DNA from: Squalus acanthias
Lineage: Eukaryota
Assembly: GCA_030390025.1 (NCBI GenBank)
Contig: CM059431.1
Coordinates: 155,808,001 to 155,872,000, forward strand
Length of the DNA: 64,000 nucleotides
Reading direction: 5' to 3'
The notes under the pieces are model-generated. The model saw only the letters and a list, made by a program, of their open reading frames with translations, made no database searches and had not been told where the DNA came from. Both the position numbers and the translations under genes were made by a program. Positions 14,601 through 27,248 of this stretch are shown piece by piece. The stretch's first letter is position 1. Every line of letters begins with the position of its first letter.

Positions 14601-14727
14601 ACAAGGCTACGGAGCAAGTGCTGGAAAATGGGATTAGAATAGACAGGGCTTGATTGCCGGCGTGGACACGTTCGACCGAAGGGCCTCTTTCCGTGCTGTA
14701 TAACTCTATGACTCTATAACTCTATGA
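11700..14727 (+). mobile_element. CR1 LINE (second subfamily), 5'-truncated, ORF2 broken by stops
   Basis: ORFs 12287-14637 with APE and RT motifs (KSPGSDGIYPRLL, FSKAFDKVLH, KFAVDTK); tail (ctctatga/ctctataa)n. Confidence 0.95.
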
Positions 14728-16110
14728 TGGTCATTGTACTCTGGGCTATTGGGCCTACAGTCGGTCAGAATACTTTGAGCTATTGGACCTGTAAAGAGTC
14801 ATAAAACTCTGGGATATTAGGCCTTCAGAAGCTATAGAGAGGGTGAGGTGTCGTCAGCTATTCAGACTGTAAAAATCAGAGTACCTGAGCTCTGGGCCTA
14901 AAAATGGTCAGAATACCGTGGGCTATGCAATGTGTCAGAGTAAACGCGGCTATTGAATCTGTAGAGGTTCAGGCCAACCTGTGCTATTGGGACAACGAAA
15001 CGTCACGTTACACTGTCTATTGGGTCTTTTGCCGGTCAGAGCATTCTGGACTATTGGGCCTTCACATGGTCAACGCGCTCTGGGCAGTTTGGCCAGCAGA
15101 GGGTCAGTGTACCCTGGACTATTGGACATATTAATGGTTAACGTACCCTGGAATTTTGACATTATAAAGTGTCAACGTCCCCTGGGCAATAAGAGGGTCA
15201 GTGTACATGGGCTATTGGGCATTTAGACGATCGAATTACTCTGTGCTTTTGAGCCTATAGAGTGGATTAGTACACTGGGCATTTCAGAGGGTCAGAGCAC
15301 CCTGGGTTACTGGGCCTTTTAGGATTAACTATCCTGGGCTATTGAGACTGTAGAAGGTCAGAGTAGGCTGAGCTATTGAGCCTGTGGAGTTTCCGATTAC
15401 TCTGGGATATTAGGCCTTCAGAAGCTCAGCGCAGCCTTGGCTATTGTACCCTGTGGAAGGTCAATTACTCTGGCATATACACATTATCAGAGTACCTTGT
15501 GTATTGAGATTGCAGAGGGCGAGATCACCCTGGGCTATGCAGAGTGTTAGAATAAACTGAGGTCCTGGTCGTGTAGCGGGTCAGATCACGCTAGGATTTG
15601 CAAAGGTCTAAAGTAACCTGGGCTGTGAAGAGTGTCAGAGTAACCTCGGCTTTGCAGAGCATCAGCGTAACTTGGGATATACTGAAGATAAGATTATGCT
15701 GTGATAACGGGCAGTTAGATGGTCAGATAAACAGATAAATTGGGCCTTTGGTTAGTGCGATTTCCCTCAACGTTGAGTCTGTGGAAAGTTAGAATACCTC
15801 AGCTGAATTCAAAGCTTCAGTCAGCGTACTCTATAAAGATCATAGAACACTGACCTATAAAGCGGGTCAGTCTGACATGGCTATTGGACGTGTACATGGC
15901 TAGAATACTTGCCGTACTGAATCTGCAGAAAGTCAATCTTCCTTGGTTATTGAATCTGTAGCGGGTCAGAATTGCTGGGCTCTTGAGTCTGTAGAGGGTA
16001 TGAGTACCCTGGGCTATTGGCGTTGTAAACTGTCAGAGTGCACTTGGCTAATGGGCCTACAAAACTTTAGAGCACGCCGCGATATTTACCCTGTAGATGG
16101 TCAGAACACA
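14728..16110 (+). repeat. Minisatellite 1 block (a short piece also at 11600-11700, before the CR1)
   Basis: Same unit motifs. Confidence 0.85.
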
Positions 16111-16119
16111 ATGTCAATT

Positions 16120-16745
16120 TAATCTGCAGCGCGGAAGGAGCGGGCGTGGTGGGATCGCAGCGAGTGCGTAGCATTTAAAAGGAGCAGTCCCGATAGGCAG
16201 GAGCCCGAGTTCAGAGAGAGCGGACCTATGGGGTGCAAATCGAGAGTGGAGCAGTAAAAGGGAGCAGTCCCGAGGGGCAGGAGACTGAGACTGGAAGGAG
16301 CGGAACTGGTAGGAGCACAGCGAGAGCAGAGCTGTTAAAAGGAGCTGTCCCGAGCGGCAGGAGCCTGAGACAGGATGGAACGGACTTGGTGGGAGCACAG
16401 TGAGAGTGGAGCAGTTACAATGACCAGTCCCGAGCGGTATCAGTTCCACAGAGGCAGTTTTTCGGAAAAGTGATGTCAGAGTGAAAAAAGTGACGTCGGC
16501 ACAAGGGAAGGAGCTAATTGGTGAGTAGGTGGTGAGTGCATTTTTCTATTTTTTTAATATTGTTTATTTTTTTTAAGTTTATATGTTTATCTCTGCTAAG
16601 TTAGATAATAGCTTATGAAATAGAGGGAAAGAGGTGAATGGTGAGTAGCTGGGGAGGGTTTTTGTTAAGTTTTAAATTTATTTCTGCTGCGTTAGTTCTC
16701 AGTCTATTAAATAGAGGCATGGCAGCGCAGCACAGTCCCGTGGAA
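16120..16745 (+). mobile_element. Probable CR1 5' UTR with tandem subrepeats and ORF1 start (MAAQHSPVE), truncated by a MITE
   Basis: Repeats of aaaaggagcagtcccgag...gcaggagc; the same repeats occur reversed at 24790-24920. Confidence 0.55.
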
Positions 16746-17497
16746 CCAAATCCAATGAGTGAATGTGCACTGACCCGTGGACCAAACGAAAGTTCCGGTT
16801 TCGCGCATGCACTGCGCATGCGCTGGAAACCGGACCTTCCATTCCCTTGAAGGAAGGGATTCGGAGGTCATTGCGTGCGCCGGAGAGGCAGCGCGTACGC
16901 AGCGGACTACCGCTTTTTTTTCAGGTTTCTCTGTGAGGGTAAGTCCCCAGCAGCTGCGCGGGAAAAAGCAGGAGCAAGGACTGCTTTTAACAAGGTAAGT
17001 GTTGAATTAAGTAAAATTTCAGTATTTTTTCCACAGGTTTATCTTTTTTTAAATACTTTAAATAAAGGTAAGTTCATTTTTAGCCCCGTAAAAACATAAA
17101 TTATTTTTTAAAATATTTTTAAGTTTTGTTCAAAATAGTTAATTTATGTAATTTATAATTATTTTAAAAATGTGCTTATTAAAAAAATAATATTTGAAGT
17201 TTTACTTAAGTTTGAAGGATTTGGGGCCGATCTCTATTCAGAGATTTGACAGGTCTTCCTGTCAAATCTATGAATGGAGATTCCCTGCTCCATTTGGCTC
17301 TCCATGGCCCACGTGATCCCAGCGGACGCTTCGAACTAACTACGCCCCTGGGATACGCAAGCACGACACACCGGCAGCATGAGGAGACCCAGGATCGGAA
17401 TCCCACGCGGGCCCACGGTACAACGGCAAGCGCGCTAGGTAAGTGCAGGTTGGGGGCTTGCACCCGCGAGAAGCCTGCGACCCGAATTTTTGTGCCA
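16745..17497 (+). mobile_element. MITE copy of the 36628 family, left end missing
   Basis: Collinear with 36628-37380 (gcgcatgcactgcgcatgcgc, cttttaacaaggtaagt, gatttgacaggtcttcctgtcaaa). Confidence 0.85.
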
Positions 17498-18609
17498 TTG
17501 TTTTTGCTTTTTCCTCATTTCTCCACATAGGCACCGATTCTTCATCTTGACGTTCCTCGCATTACCGGGAACCTGCTGTGAGTGGCCTAAACTTAATAAA
17601 AGTGATTTTTTTACATTTACAAGCGGGAATGGTGCGCAGAAATTTTGCGGGGCAGGCCGATCCGATAACCACCGCAAGGCAATTTTTGAGCATATATTTC
17701 CTCTCAACTCCGAGATCAGGCAGGCGGCCAAAAAATGAAAGACAATGCAATGAATAACTAAAGGAATGGGCGAGAGTGTTAGCAAATTGGATTGCAAATC
17801 TAGCCTTGACCAATCGGCAACATGTGCCGATAGACGCTCGAATATCCTTCCCACTCTTGATCAAACAATAATTGGTCGCGTCCACTTTGCCTCTTGGCCG
17901 TTACGGTGTTATCACACTCTCGGGGTTACTTTAGCTTTTCTTCCTACTGTCAAATAGGCGATAAATGCTCAGTGATTAACCTCTTGATTGGCAGTCCTAT
18001 ATTGTGCGTTTTAAAAGTCTAAGTTACCCCAATACTTAAAGATGGAATCAGCATCTTATCAAAATCCACACGGGAGGTAGAAAATGTGTTTTCTGATTCG
18101 ACGCCATGTTGCAATGTGTAGCTTGGAAGTAGTTCAAAGCTATTATAATACCGCAGCATTCATGAACAGACACGGTAACCGAGGGCCTCGGTTTCCGGCT
18201 TTGCTAATCCGGTTTTGTTTTCTGGCACAGTAGCACAAATATTACAAACGACAGAATATTAACAATTTCTAGATTGCAGTGCTATGGAGAAATAGAAGGG
18301 AGTGGGTCTAATTGGCTAGCTCTTTCAAAGAGCCGGCATTGGCACGATGGGGCAAAAGGCCTTCTACGGCAATAAGATTCGATCCATATATTTAGCATCA
18401 TGAAGATAGGAACAGGAATTGGCCATTCATTCCCTCGAGTTCATTCCGACATTCAAAGGCATCATGGCTGATCACTTTAATTTCTCTAAGTGCTCAGTCA
18501 CTCTGTCCCTATTTATAATTTCGAATAACTTCCCGCAACTAATGTTTGACTTAAAGGCCTATAATTCCCTGGTTACTCTCTCTCAAGTTTCTGAAATATT
18601 GGAGTCACA

Positions 18610-21600
18610 TTTCTAATTTCCCAATTTAAAAAACAGTTGCTGAGTCGAAAGAGCTTTGATAGATTAGAGCTGAAGCATTTGCAACTTCAACACATAATAA
18701 CTTTTAAATCTTTGGATAGAAACCAACAGTTCGGTGGGATTCGTCAGACCTTAGTACTGTTATATTTTCTAATACTACTTTTCTGCTTGTGATAAATTCA
18801 GCGATTCCCAGTACCAGTTCCCATTAGCTTCCCTAGAATATCCTCTTCTCTGAACACTGATGTGAAGTAATTATTCAACAAGTCTACTATTGCCTTATTT
18901 TTATTTTTATATTACACACATCTGTTTTAAAGGGCACAGATTCCCCTTGACTACCTTTTTTCTTCTACTATAATTGTAAAAACTCTATTGTGTTAATTTT
19001 GATATCTCCCGCAAACTCCTGTTCATATTCTTATATTCATTGGAATTTAGAAGAATGAGAGGTGATCTTATTGAAACAAATAACATACTGAGGCGGCTCT
19101 ACAAGATCGATGCAGAGAAGATGTTTCCCCTCATGGGGAATCTAGCACTAAGGGGCAAAGTTTCAGAATAAGGGATCGCCCATTTAAAACTGAGATGAGG
19201 AGGAATTCCTTCTCTCAGAGGGTATGAAAACTGTGGAATGTTCTTCCCCAGAGAGCTGTGGAGGCTGGGTCATTGAATATATTTAAGGTGAAGATAGACA
19301 GATTTTTGAACAATAAAGGAGTGATGTGTTATAGAGAGCGGGCAGGGATATGGAGCTGATCCCAAGATCAGATCAGCCATGATCTCATTAAATGTCAGAG
19401 CAGGATCCAGGGGCAAATGGTCTACTCCTGCTCCTATTTCTTATGTATTTATGTTCTTATGTTCTTCCCTTTCAACAGCAACTTTTTGTCCTCTTTTGAT
19501 TTTAATTAAGCTGATCCATGGATTTACACTATTCTTTGCGCTTTTGCATGCACTTTCCTTTTGTTTTATCTCGAAACTCTTTTGTCGATCACAGCTGTTT
19601 TTTTTTTCAAAGTAGAGCTCTTGCCACTTCGGGGTATGTACTGGTCCTGCATTAAGCTAAATTTTGTTTTGAACACCTCCCACTGATTATCTGTAGTTTT
19701 TCCCGATAATAGGTTGGGCCATTTTGCTGTCGTCAGTCTCTGTCCATAGCACGACCCGTACCACGACCCAGAATCTTAGTGTTAGTTTCCTTTTGGATAT
19801 TATGATCACTGTTAGATTAATATTCTCTTACTGTTAGATTATTAACTAAGACTGGCTGGTTACATATTACTAATTCTAGTATATACTGCCTTCTTGTGGT
19901 TTACGAACTCATTGCTCCAAAAAAAACTATCATGAATGCACTGAGTTAATTCACTACCTTTCTATCTTGACCTACTCTGTTCTCATAATCTTTCTGAAAT
20001 CATTTTCACCAATTAAAACAATCTTATTTTGCATGAAACTTCTCTAATACTTGAACTCGCAAATTCTACCACTCCATTTTTGCTATCAGGAGGTCTGTCA
20101 ACAACTCCCGTTATAGTTTTATGTCCACTCTTATTAGCAATTTCTAACCAAATTGTCTGCTGATTGATTTCACCTACCTATATTACTCATGTTGTAATAA
20201 TATATTAAATCAATAAGGCTACCAAACCTCCTCTTCCAGTTTCCCTATCCTTGCTAAAGACAATGGCCCTAAAATTAGTCTTAGTACGCTAGAGTACGCA
20301 CTGTGTACTCTCGCCTATTCTGTCTCCAATTGCCGGTTTTCTGCATGCACTGCGCATGCGCTGAAAACCGGCACTTGGTGAACTCAAAAGTGGGCGCTTC
20401 CTAAGTGAACCACGTGCGCGCTACAGGCTGCGCGCACGCAGTGCACTTAGTGCTTTGAACGCGCAGGTAAGCATGGAAGATTTTGCACATAAAGAAAGGA
20501 GGCGTAAGACCCTCTTTTAACAAGGTAAGTAGTTAATTAAGTATTATTTTAAATTTTTTCAACAGTTTTATCTTTTAGAGACTTTAAAGAAAGGTAAGTT
20601 TATATTTATAACTTTTAAAAAGATTTTAAATTTTTTCAAAAATTTAATTTTTTGTTTAAAGTGGTTAATTTGTTTAACTATACTTATTTTATTAATGTGA
20701 TGTGTTTTTCTTAATTTAATTGAGGTTTAGCTGTTCTTTTGGGGGGGTATAGATTCATAGCTTTGACAGCCCTTGCTGTCAAAACTATGAATGAAAGATG
20801 GTGTGCTGCCATTGGCTCTAACTGAATCACGTGATCCCACAGCTCGCACGAATTAACTGCGTCTGTGGGATAAGCACACACTGCACAGCTGCAGCCTTGA
20901 AACTAAAGTTCGTGTGAGCTCGGAGGGAAAAGGCAGGTGCGCAGTGAGATATTGCGGGGAAGCCTTACCCCCGCAGGAAGGCTCCTTCTTTAATTTCTGG
21001 GCCATTATAAACTAGAATATTTAAATCCTAATCCTGACCATCTTGCATCGATCAGTATTTCAGATTCAAATTTACTCAATGTATTTCTTACACTACTTTA
21101 GTTATTTGAGGATTCCTTTCGTGTGTAGAATCTATATCACAGATTGTGAACTGAAGTTTACTTTTATCACTTTCTTAAAAAGAATGAACTGTCATTTTTA
21201 GCACTGTGATCGACCGAGTCCTTCTCCCATCTTTTAGTTTACAGTCCTTTTATTCCGCCTGGTCATCATTTCCGCGAAGACTTTGGTCCCATCCCGTTTC
21301 AGAAGCAGCAGGGCCCAATGGCCCATTCTGTCCTAGTACTGTTGCCTGTGACCAAAGAAATCGAACCTCTCCTTCCGTTAATTACACCTTCAACCACGTG
21401 CTCATTTTCCTGGTCTGTTTGTCGCGTTGCTGATTAGCACGTGGCTCCGGTAATAACCCTAAAATTAACATCTCTAATGTTCTGCGTTTTAATTTAGCTC
21501 AGAAGTCCTGATACTTCTTCTGCTGCAATTCTTACACTTCCTAACCTTTGTCATTGGTCCCGTCATGGACCCCAACAACTGGATCTTCCCCTTAATGTTT

Positions 21601-21950
21601 AATTCCTTTTCAAGCGCATGTGCCTATCACTTACCCTGGCATCATGTAGGCAACATATCCTTCGGGACTCTAGATCGTGGCTACAGAGGATGCAACCTAT
21701 CCCCCTAATTTTAGACTCCAATATAACTACTGATTTTCAAATCTGCTCCTCCGGTCTGCCTAGAGCAGCATTGTGGCTGTCCTCCCCGCAGTCTTTCTCC
21801 TAATCCTGACAGGTATTAAGTACATCATACCCGTTGCATTGTACCAGTGTCTGCGGGCCGTCCTCCTCCATCTCCCCTCAGTTCCCCCTAGCCTGCTGGA
21901 AGTCACACTCTCCCCTTCCTGCAACTGTGCTTTCCTCTGGGATGTGATTA
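18610..21950 (-). mobile_element. Old CR1 remnants on the minus strand, interrupted by a plus-strand CR1 3' fragment (about 19040-19462) and a MITE
   Basis: Reverse-complement CR1 ORF2/ORF1-like sequence; the plus fragment ends in tcctatttcttatg. Confidence 0.65.
20265..21003 (+). mobile_element. MITE with terminal inverted repeats, related to the 36628 family
   Basis: Ends ggccctaaaatta ... taatttctgggcc, flanked by AT on both sides; internal gcatgcactgcgcatgcgc. Confidence 0.8.
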
Positions 21951-21979
21951 TGCACGGTCGCTGCCATTTCTAGTTTTCA

Positions 21980-22390
21980 TCACAGAATAATGTATTAGGA
22001 AAGGAGGCCATTCGTCCCATCGTGTTTGTGCCAGCTATTTGTTAGAGATTTCCATTTATTCCACTCCACTTCTCTATCAGCATAGCCCTGAATAATTTTC
22101 CTTCATGTATTTATCCAATTCCTTTGAGCAGGTCAATATAGCATCTTCTTCCACCCACTTTCAGACAGTACATTCAAGATCGCAATAACTCGCTGCATAG
22201 AAACACGTTTCCCCATGCGGCCTCTGCTTTTTGCCTATCAACTGAATATGTGTCTCGTTTTTATCAATCATTCTGCCACGGCAATTACTTTCACCTTATT
22301 TACACTATCAAACCTTTCATTGTTTTGAACACTTCTATCAAATCCCCTGGGTATATTCCCCGTTCTAAGTGGATAAAGATTAGCTTTTAC
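21980..22390 (-). mobile_element. CR1 3' fragment
   Basis: ggaggccattcgtcccatcgtg... reverse CR1 tail and ORF2 end. Confidence 0.7.
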
Positions 22391-22429
22391 TAAAAATGCA
22401 TACATTATTGCGAATCTGACAGATGTTCA

Positions 22430-23110
22430 TGTTGATTCACAGAAAATCTGGAATTCAGCTAGGTGTTTATCTGATTCCACAGTTTATCGGGATCGTGCCA
22501 GGTATGCCTGGGGTTTCCCAGTGTGTTAGGATGCTACCAGGTGAGTATGTGGATTCAGAGTGTATCAGCTGCCGACCAGGCGTGTATGAGGTTTCAAAGT
22601 GTTTCAGGATCCTGCCAGGTTTGTATGGGGTTTCCCAGTGTATCAGGATCCTGCCAGGTGTGTATGGGGTTTCCCAGTGTATCAGGATCCTGACAGGTGT
22701 GTATGGGGTTTCACAATTTATCGGGAACCAGCCAGGTTTGCAAGGGTTTCACAGTGTATCAGGATCCTGCCAGGTGGGTATGGAGTTTCACAGTGTATCA
22801 GGCTCCTGCAAGGTGAGTATGGGGTTTAACAGTGTTCCAGTATCCTGCCAGTTGTTTATGGGGTTTCATAGTGCATCAGGATCCAGCCAGGTGTGCAAAG
22901 GTTTCACAGTGTTTCAGGATCATGTCAGGTGTGTATGGGGTTTCACAGTGTATCAGGAACCAGCAGGTTATGGTGTTTCACTTTATATCGGTGTCCTGCC
23001 AGGTGTGCACGGGGTTTCACAAAATTACAGGTACAAGCAGGAAATGTATGGGGTTTTAAGTTTGTTAGGATTCTGCCAGGTTTGTATGGGGTCTCACAGT
23101 TTATCAGAAC
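22430..23110 (+). repeat. Minisatellite 2 (39-bp unit gtgtatggggtttcacagtgtatcaggatcctgccaggt)
   Basis: Clear 39-bp periodicity; gives 13-aa repeats (ILPGVYGVSQCIR) in spurious ORFs. Confidence 0.92.
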
Positions 23111-23119
23111 CCAATCAGT

Positions 23120-23430
23120 TTCTGCCCTTGCCACAATATCGAAGCGGCTATTTTCAAAATCACAATAGAAAACCTTTGTGACTTTGTCAAAGGTAAACTA
23201 TGGCTCTTCGTCCAACTCGACCTGTCTGCAGCCTTTGACACAGTTGACCACTCCAACTTCTTACAACGCCGCTCCACCGTCGTCCAGCTGGGAGGGACTG
23301 CACTCGTCTGGTTTCATTCTTATCTATCTAATAGTAGCCAGAGAAACACCTGCAATGGACTTCCTTCCCGATCACGCACCGTTACCTCTGGTGCAGCCCC
23401 ACCTAGGTGTCTATCCTTGCTCCCCTCCTC
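23120..23430 (+). mobile_element. L2-type LINE RT fragment
   Basis: ctcgacctgtctgcagcctttgacacagttgaccac encodes LDLSAAFDTVDH. Confidence 0.7.
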
Positions 23431-24790
23431 ATAGAGTCATAGAGTCATAACGGCACAGAACGAGGCCATGCGGCCCATCCAGTCCGTGCCGGCTCTCTGT
23501 AGAGCAATTCAGTTAGTCCCATTCCTCCGCTCTATCCCCATAGCCCTGCAAGATTATTTCCCTCAAGTGCCTATCCAGTTTCCCCTGAAAAAACATTGAC
23601 TGTCTCCGATTCCACCACTTCCGCTGGCAGCGAGTTCCAGGTCCTCACCACTCGCTGCGTAAAAACGTTTTTCTCACATGCCCCCTGTACCTCTTGCCCA
23701 AAGCCTGAAATCTGTGTCCCTCTAGTCCTTGTATCATCAAATAGTGAGAACAGCCTTTACCCATCGAGCCTATCCAAACCCGTCATAATCTTGTACACCT
23801 CTATCAAATCACACCTCAACCTCCTTTGCTCTAATGAAAACAAATCCAGCTTTTCCAAAATAACAACAGAAAACTCTGGGATTCTCAGCAGGCCAGGCAG
23901 CATCCGTGGAGAGAGAAACAGAGGTTTCCACGGAAGCTGCCTGGCCTGCTGAGTTTTTCCAGCGTTTTCTGTTGTATTTCGGATTTCCAGCATCCGCAGT
24001 ATTTTGCTATTGTATCCAGTTTTTCCAACTTGTCCTTGTAGCTAACGTACCACATCCCCTGAAACATTCTGGTAATTCTCCTCTGCACCCTCTCAAGGGC
24101 ATTCGCATCCTTCCTAAAGTGTCGTGACCAGAACTACACACAATACTCCAGTTGTGGCCTAACCACAGCTTTGTAAAGGTTCAGCAGAAATTATTTATTT
24201 TGCACTGAATACCTCTATTTATGAAGACCAATATTTCATATGCTTTGTTAACCACTCTCTCAATTTGTCCTTCCACCTTCAAGGACATATTCACATTAAC
24301 TCCCAGGTCACTCTATCCGTGCACAATCTTTAACATTGTGCCATTAAGTGCATATTGCCTCTCCCTGTTCCTTCTGCCAAAATGCATCACCTCTCACTTC
24401 TCTGTATTATATTCCATCTGCCACTTATCTGCCCATTCTGCTAGACATTCTATGTCTTTTTGCAGTCGATTGGTATCATCATGACTTTTTGCCACACCCC
24501 GAAGTTTGGTGTCATCGGCAAATTTAGAAATTGTAATTTGTATTCTAATATCCTGGTCATTAATATATATCAAAAAAGCAGTGGCCCCAGCACTGACCCT
24601 TGGGGAACACCACTGTACACCATCCTCCAGTCTGAAAAACACCCATTGACCAAAACTCGCTGTTTTCTGTCCTTAAGTCAATTCCTTATTCATGCTGCCA
24701 CTGACCCACCTATTTCATGAGTCTCAATGTTGTTAACAAGCCTTCTATGCAGTACATTGTTAAACGCCTTCGGAAAATCTGTGTAGACAA
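23430..24790 (-). mobile_element. CR1 3' portion
   Basis: Tail (catagagt)n; RT motifs YINDQD...KFADDTK on the minus strand. Confidence 0.9.
23859..24013. mobile_element. 155-bp hairpin element inserted in CR1
   Basis: Inverted arms 23863-23910 and 23927-23975; 15-bp target duplication atccag(c/t)ttttccaa at 23844-23858 and 24014-24028. Confidence 0.8.
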
Positions 24791-24921
24791 CTGCTCCTTT
24801 TATCTGCTCCGCTCTCGCTGTGCTCCCTCCATGTCAGCTCCTTCCGGTCTCAGGCTCCTGCCGCTCTCGACTGCTGCTTTTACCTACTGCGCTCTCGCTG
24901 TGCTCCCTCCTTCCGGTCTCA

Positions 24922-25760
24922 GAAGTGGGATTGTTCGCTGATGATTGCACAGTGTTCAGTTCCATTCGCTACTGCTCAGAAAATGAAGCATTCTATGCCC
25001 ACATGCAGCAAGACCTGGACGACATTCAGGCTTGCCATAAGTGGCAAGCAATATTCGCGCCACACAAGTTCCAGGCAATGACTATCTCCAACAGGAGAGT
25101 CTCTAACCACCGCCCCTTGACATTCAATGGCATTAACATCTTGGGAGTGACCATTGACAGGAAAATTAAATTGTCCAGCCACTATAATATGTGGTACAAG
25201 TGCAGGTTAGAGGCCGGCTATTCTGCGGTGAGGGTCTCACCTAATCTCTCAAGTCAGGAGTGTGATGGAATAATCTCGAATTGCCTGGATGAGTGCAGCT
25301 GTAACAGCACTCAAGAAACTCGATCCAACCAGTGCAAAGCAGCCCGCTTGATCGGTACTCTATCCAAACCTTACACTTTCACTCCCTCCAGCATCGGCGC
25401 ACCGTGTCTGCAGTGTATACCATTTAAAAGATGCACTGCAGCTCGCCAGGGCTTCTGCGACAGCACCTCCCAAACCGGCGACCTCCATGACCGAGAAGGA
25501 AAAACGCAGCTTCACATGGGAACAACATCACCACCATATCCCCTCCAATGTTACACAACATGCTGACTTAGAAATATGTTGTCATTCCTTCATCGTTGCT
25601 GGGTCAAAATACCGGAACTACCTCGATAATAGCACTGTGGGAGTACCTTCACCACGCGGATTGCAGCGGTTAAAAAGCGACTCACCAGCACCTTCTCAAG
25701 GGCAATTAAGGGTTTAGAATAAATGATGGCCTTATTTTCCCAGTAACGAATGAAAAAAAA
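24922..25760 (+). mobile_element. 3' fragment of another non-LTR retrotransposon family; related pieces at about 39740-40040(-), 41120-41505(+) and 42700-43090(-)
   Basis: RT motif VGLFADDCTVF; shared 3' end ttctcaagggcaatta...gaatgaa(a)n. Confidence 0.75.
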
Positions 25761-25789
25761 GTAATTCGGAATGTAGATGAGGTATGGAA

Positions 25790-26570
25790 ATCGTTAGAGT
25801 AATCTGGGCTGTTGAGCCCGCAGAGGGACAGATTACCCTGATGCAATTGGGACTGTAGATCCTGAGTTTAACCTGGGCTATGCAGAGGATCATAGTCTCT
25901 GGCCTATTTGTTCTGTAGATGGACTGAGTGCCGTAGGTTATGTAGAGGACCAGAATGCATTGGGATATTGGGCATGCAGAGTGTCATAGTACCCAGCAAT
26001 TATGAAACTGCAGAGAGTAGTATACCTGTCATCTACAGAGAATCAGTGTGACCTGGGCTACGGGAAGATAGAGGGAATACTTATCCTGTAGAGGTTCAGA
26101 ATATCTGCGGCTATTGGGATTGTAGAAGCTCAGAGTAGCTTGGGCCATAGGGCTGCAAGAGGGGAAGCGTACACTTGGGGAATTGAGCCTGCAAAGGCGC
26201 AAAGTACGATGGGGTATTGTGTGTGTAGTGTTTGTGTGGACCCTGGGCTATGTAGAGGGTTGGATTTACCTGGGCTATGCAAAGGTTCAGAGTGCCCTTG
26301 GCTATGCAGAGTATCAGATTTCCCTCTGCTATTGGGTTTGTAGAGGTTCAGAGTACCATGGGGAATATAGAGGGTCAGATGCCATTGAATCATAGGTCAG
26401 TAGAGGTTTAGAGTACTCTGTACTATTGGGCCCACACAGTATCAGAGTACACTGTGCTATTGACCCTGCAGTCGTTCCGAATACCAAGCGCTATTGGTCC
26501 TACAGCGGCTCAGAGTAACCCGGGCTATTGAGCCTACAGAGGATACGAGTACCCTGGACTATCCAGCGTT
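25790..26570 (+). repeat. Minisatellite 1 block
   Basis: Same unit motifs. Confidence 0.8.
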
Positions 26571-27248
26571 AGTTCGTAGCCACGTGGGAGAGGCACCAGA
26601 GTTTCCAGGTGCGCCTCTTTTGTACAGGGGCCATCAATCAGGCATGCCTCCCTCGCCTGATCAAAATCTCTTGGCCACTGCTTAAAACTACAATTTAGTT
26701 GCTGTCTTTTCGGAAGCATAGAAGCATAGAAGATAGGAGCAGGAGTAGGCCATTCGGCCCCTCGAGCCTGCTCCGCCATTTAATGAGATCATGGCTGATC
26801 ATTCAAATTCAGTACCCAGTCCCTGCTTTCTTCGCCAAATCCCTTGATCCCTTTAGCCTTAACACATATATATATCTCCTTCTTGAATATATTTAATGAA
26901 TTGGCCTCAACTGCCTCCTGTGGTAGAGAATTCCACTGGTTCACCGCTCTCTGGGTGAAGAAATTCCTTCTCATCTCAGTCCTAAATGGCTTCCCCCTTA
27001 CATTTAGACTGTGACCTCTGGTTCTGGACTCCTCCGCCATCGGTAACATCCTTCCTGCATCTAGTCTGTCTAATCCTGTTAGAATTTTAGAAGTTTCAGT
27101 GAGATCCCGTCTCATTCTTCAACACTCTAGCGAATATAAGCCTAATCGACCCAATCTCTCTTCATAAGTCATTCCTGCCATCCCAGGTATCAGTCTGGTA
27201 AATCTTCGCTGCACTCCCTCCATGGCAAGAACATCCTTCCTCAGATAA

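Noticed and set aside
16613..17957. Cluster of short ORFs in GC-rich DNA as a gene or CpG-island exon (also 36608-37540)
   Set aside because: They lie mostly within MITE copies, have no recognisable domain and are not conserved between copies.
22423..23181. 252-aa ORF with 13-aa repeats, and similar ORFs at 41591-44480 and 50918-51268
   Set aside because: By-product of the 39-bp minisatellite; several frames and both strands are open and frames shift within the array.
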